A stretch of DNA of 64,000 nt from positions 7,316,001 to 7,380,000 of the forward strand of contig OZ176052.1 in the NCBI GenBank assembly GCA_964247055.1, in the 5' to 3' direction. Under the pieces are notes generated by a model. It made no database searches and was not told where the DNA came from. It was given only the letters and a program-made list of their open reading frames with translations. Below, in pieces: positions 63,085-64,000 of the stretch. Position 1 is the first letter of the stretch, and each line of letters opens with the position of its first letter. Source of the DNA: Paragordius varius. Its lineage: Eukaryota; Animalia; Nematomorpha. A program made the translations under genes and the position numbers.

Positions 63085-64000
63085 CTAGGGTTGTGCCAAT
63101 TAGTCAATGACCTAGGGTCATGACCTAGGTCATGACCACGAAAAAAAATGACCTAGGTCAATTTTTTTTATTTTTTTAATTTTACCATTTTTGGGAAAAC
63201 AAAACCTTATATTATCTATATATGTATTATTTTGTTTTAAATATCATACGATACACATCTTTTCTTTACTTCCGAAATTATAATGAAATCAGCCTTGTGG
63301 AAATTTTTCGATCAAAAAAAATCAAGTTACTTGCAAGAAATGCAATTACACTATATATATTTAAATAAAAACCGAATGAAGAAACATCTAAAAGAAGTTC
63401 ATGAAATAAATTATATGACAGAGGGTGATGGTCGAAAGCAATCTAATCATTAAATTTTTTAATTAGTCTTAAAAATTTTTGTTTTTGAGAGAAATTAGCC
63501 AGAAACATTTAGCAAAATTTATTTTTACATCCTCAACTCTTAACATAGTTGAAAATAAACATTTACGGAGTTTCATTTATAGTTTAAATCTAATTATGCT
63601 ATTCCAAATAGAAAACAGATCAATTAATGACTAGATTCGTGTTATGAAGATATAAAAATAGAAGTTATTGGAATATGTAAAAATAATATTTCATTAATCG
63701 TCGATCCCTTTACCAATATTCGTAGGAAGCAAATTAATATTATTTATTGGCCAAGGATCTCAATCATTTTTTATGACACATCTTATCATAGTAAGACTGC
63801 CGAAAGTTTCTATAACATAATGGAACCAATAAAAGATATTCGAAATTTAAAAATTAATGCCATTGTGACCGATAATTCCAGCGAACTGAAGGCTGCTCAA
63901 AATTTGATTAATAAAGAAAATCCTAATATAATATGGCATAAATGCCAATGTCATATTTTAAATAATTTGATTAAAATATATATTAAACTTAATAAGATTA
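63085..64000 (+). mobile_element. Left end of a decayed hAT element, running off the window
   Basis: Terminus (C)TAGGGTTGTGC with ATGACCTAGG(G)TCAT subterminal repeats. Broken BED finger (LWKFF..CKKC..MKKHLKEVH) and catalytic region AIVTDNSSELKAAQ..WHKCQCHILN. Confidence 0.7.

Overview
This is AT-rich, transposon-dense eukaryotic DNA from an animal. The alpha-actinin N-terminus ([18 protein letters not shown]) and its duplicated CH2 exon point to a bilaterian, probably a protostome; the species cannot be assigned from sequence. By hand-splicing I reconstructed five conserved intron-containing genes: MRPL27 (-), argininosuccinate lyase ASL (+), FIS1 (+), alpha-actinin (-, 21 exons plus a mutually exclusive alternative) and the 3' part of an ELMO/CED-12 gene (-). 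There is also one intronless 248-aa orphan ORF. The rest is RTE-like LINEs, Gypsy-type LTR derivatives, hAT and PIF/Harbinger elements, foldback/MITE elements and tandem repeats. Three observations stand out. (1) Four genes contain obligatory GT-AG micro-introns of 20-26 nt next to ordinary introns of 65 nt to 5.7 kb. (2) A young 1.5-kb LTR element is inserted exactly on an ASL splice acceptor, so element plus TSD forms a perfect GT...AG intron. (3) A near-perfect palindrome with ~0.9-kb arms, built from Harbinger transposase sequence, lies inside an ELMO intron and resembles a Mu-killer-type hairpin-RNA source. All alignments were done by eye and reference proteins are recalled from memory; no searches were run.
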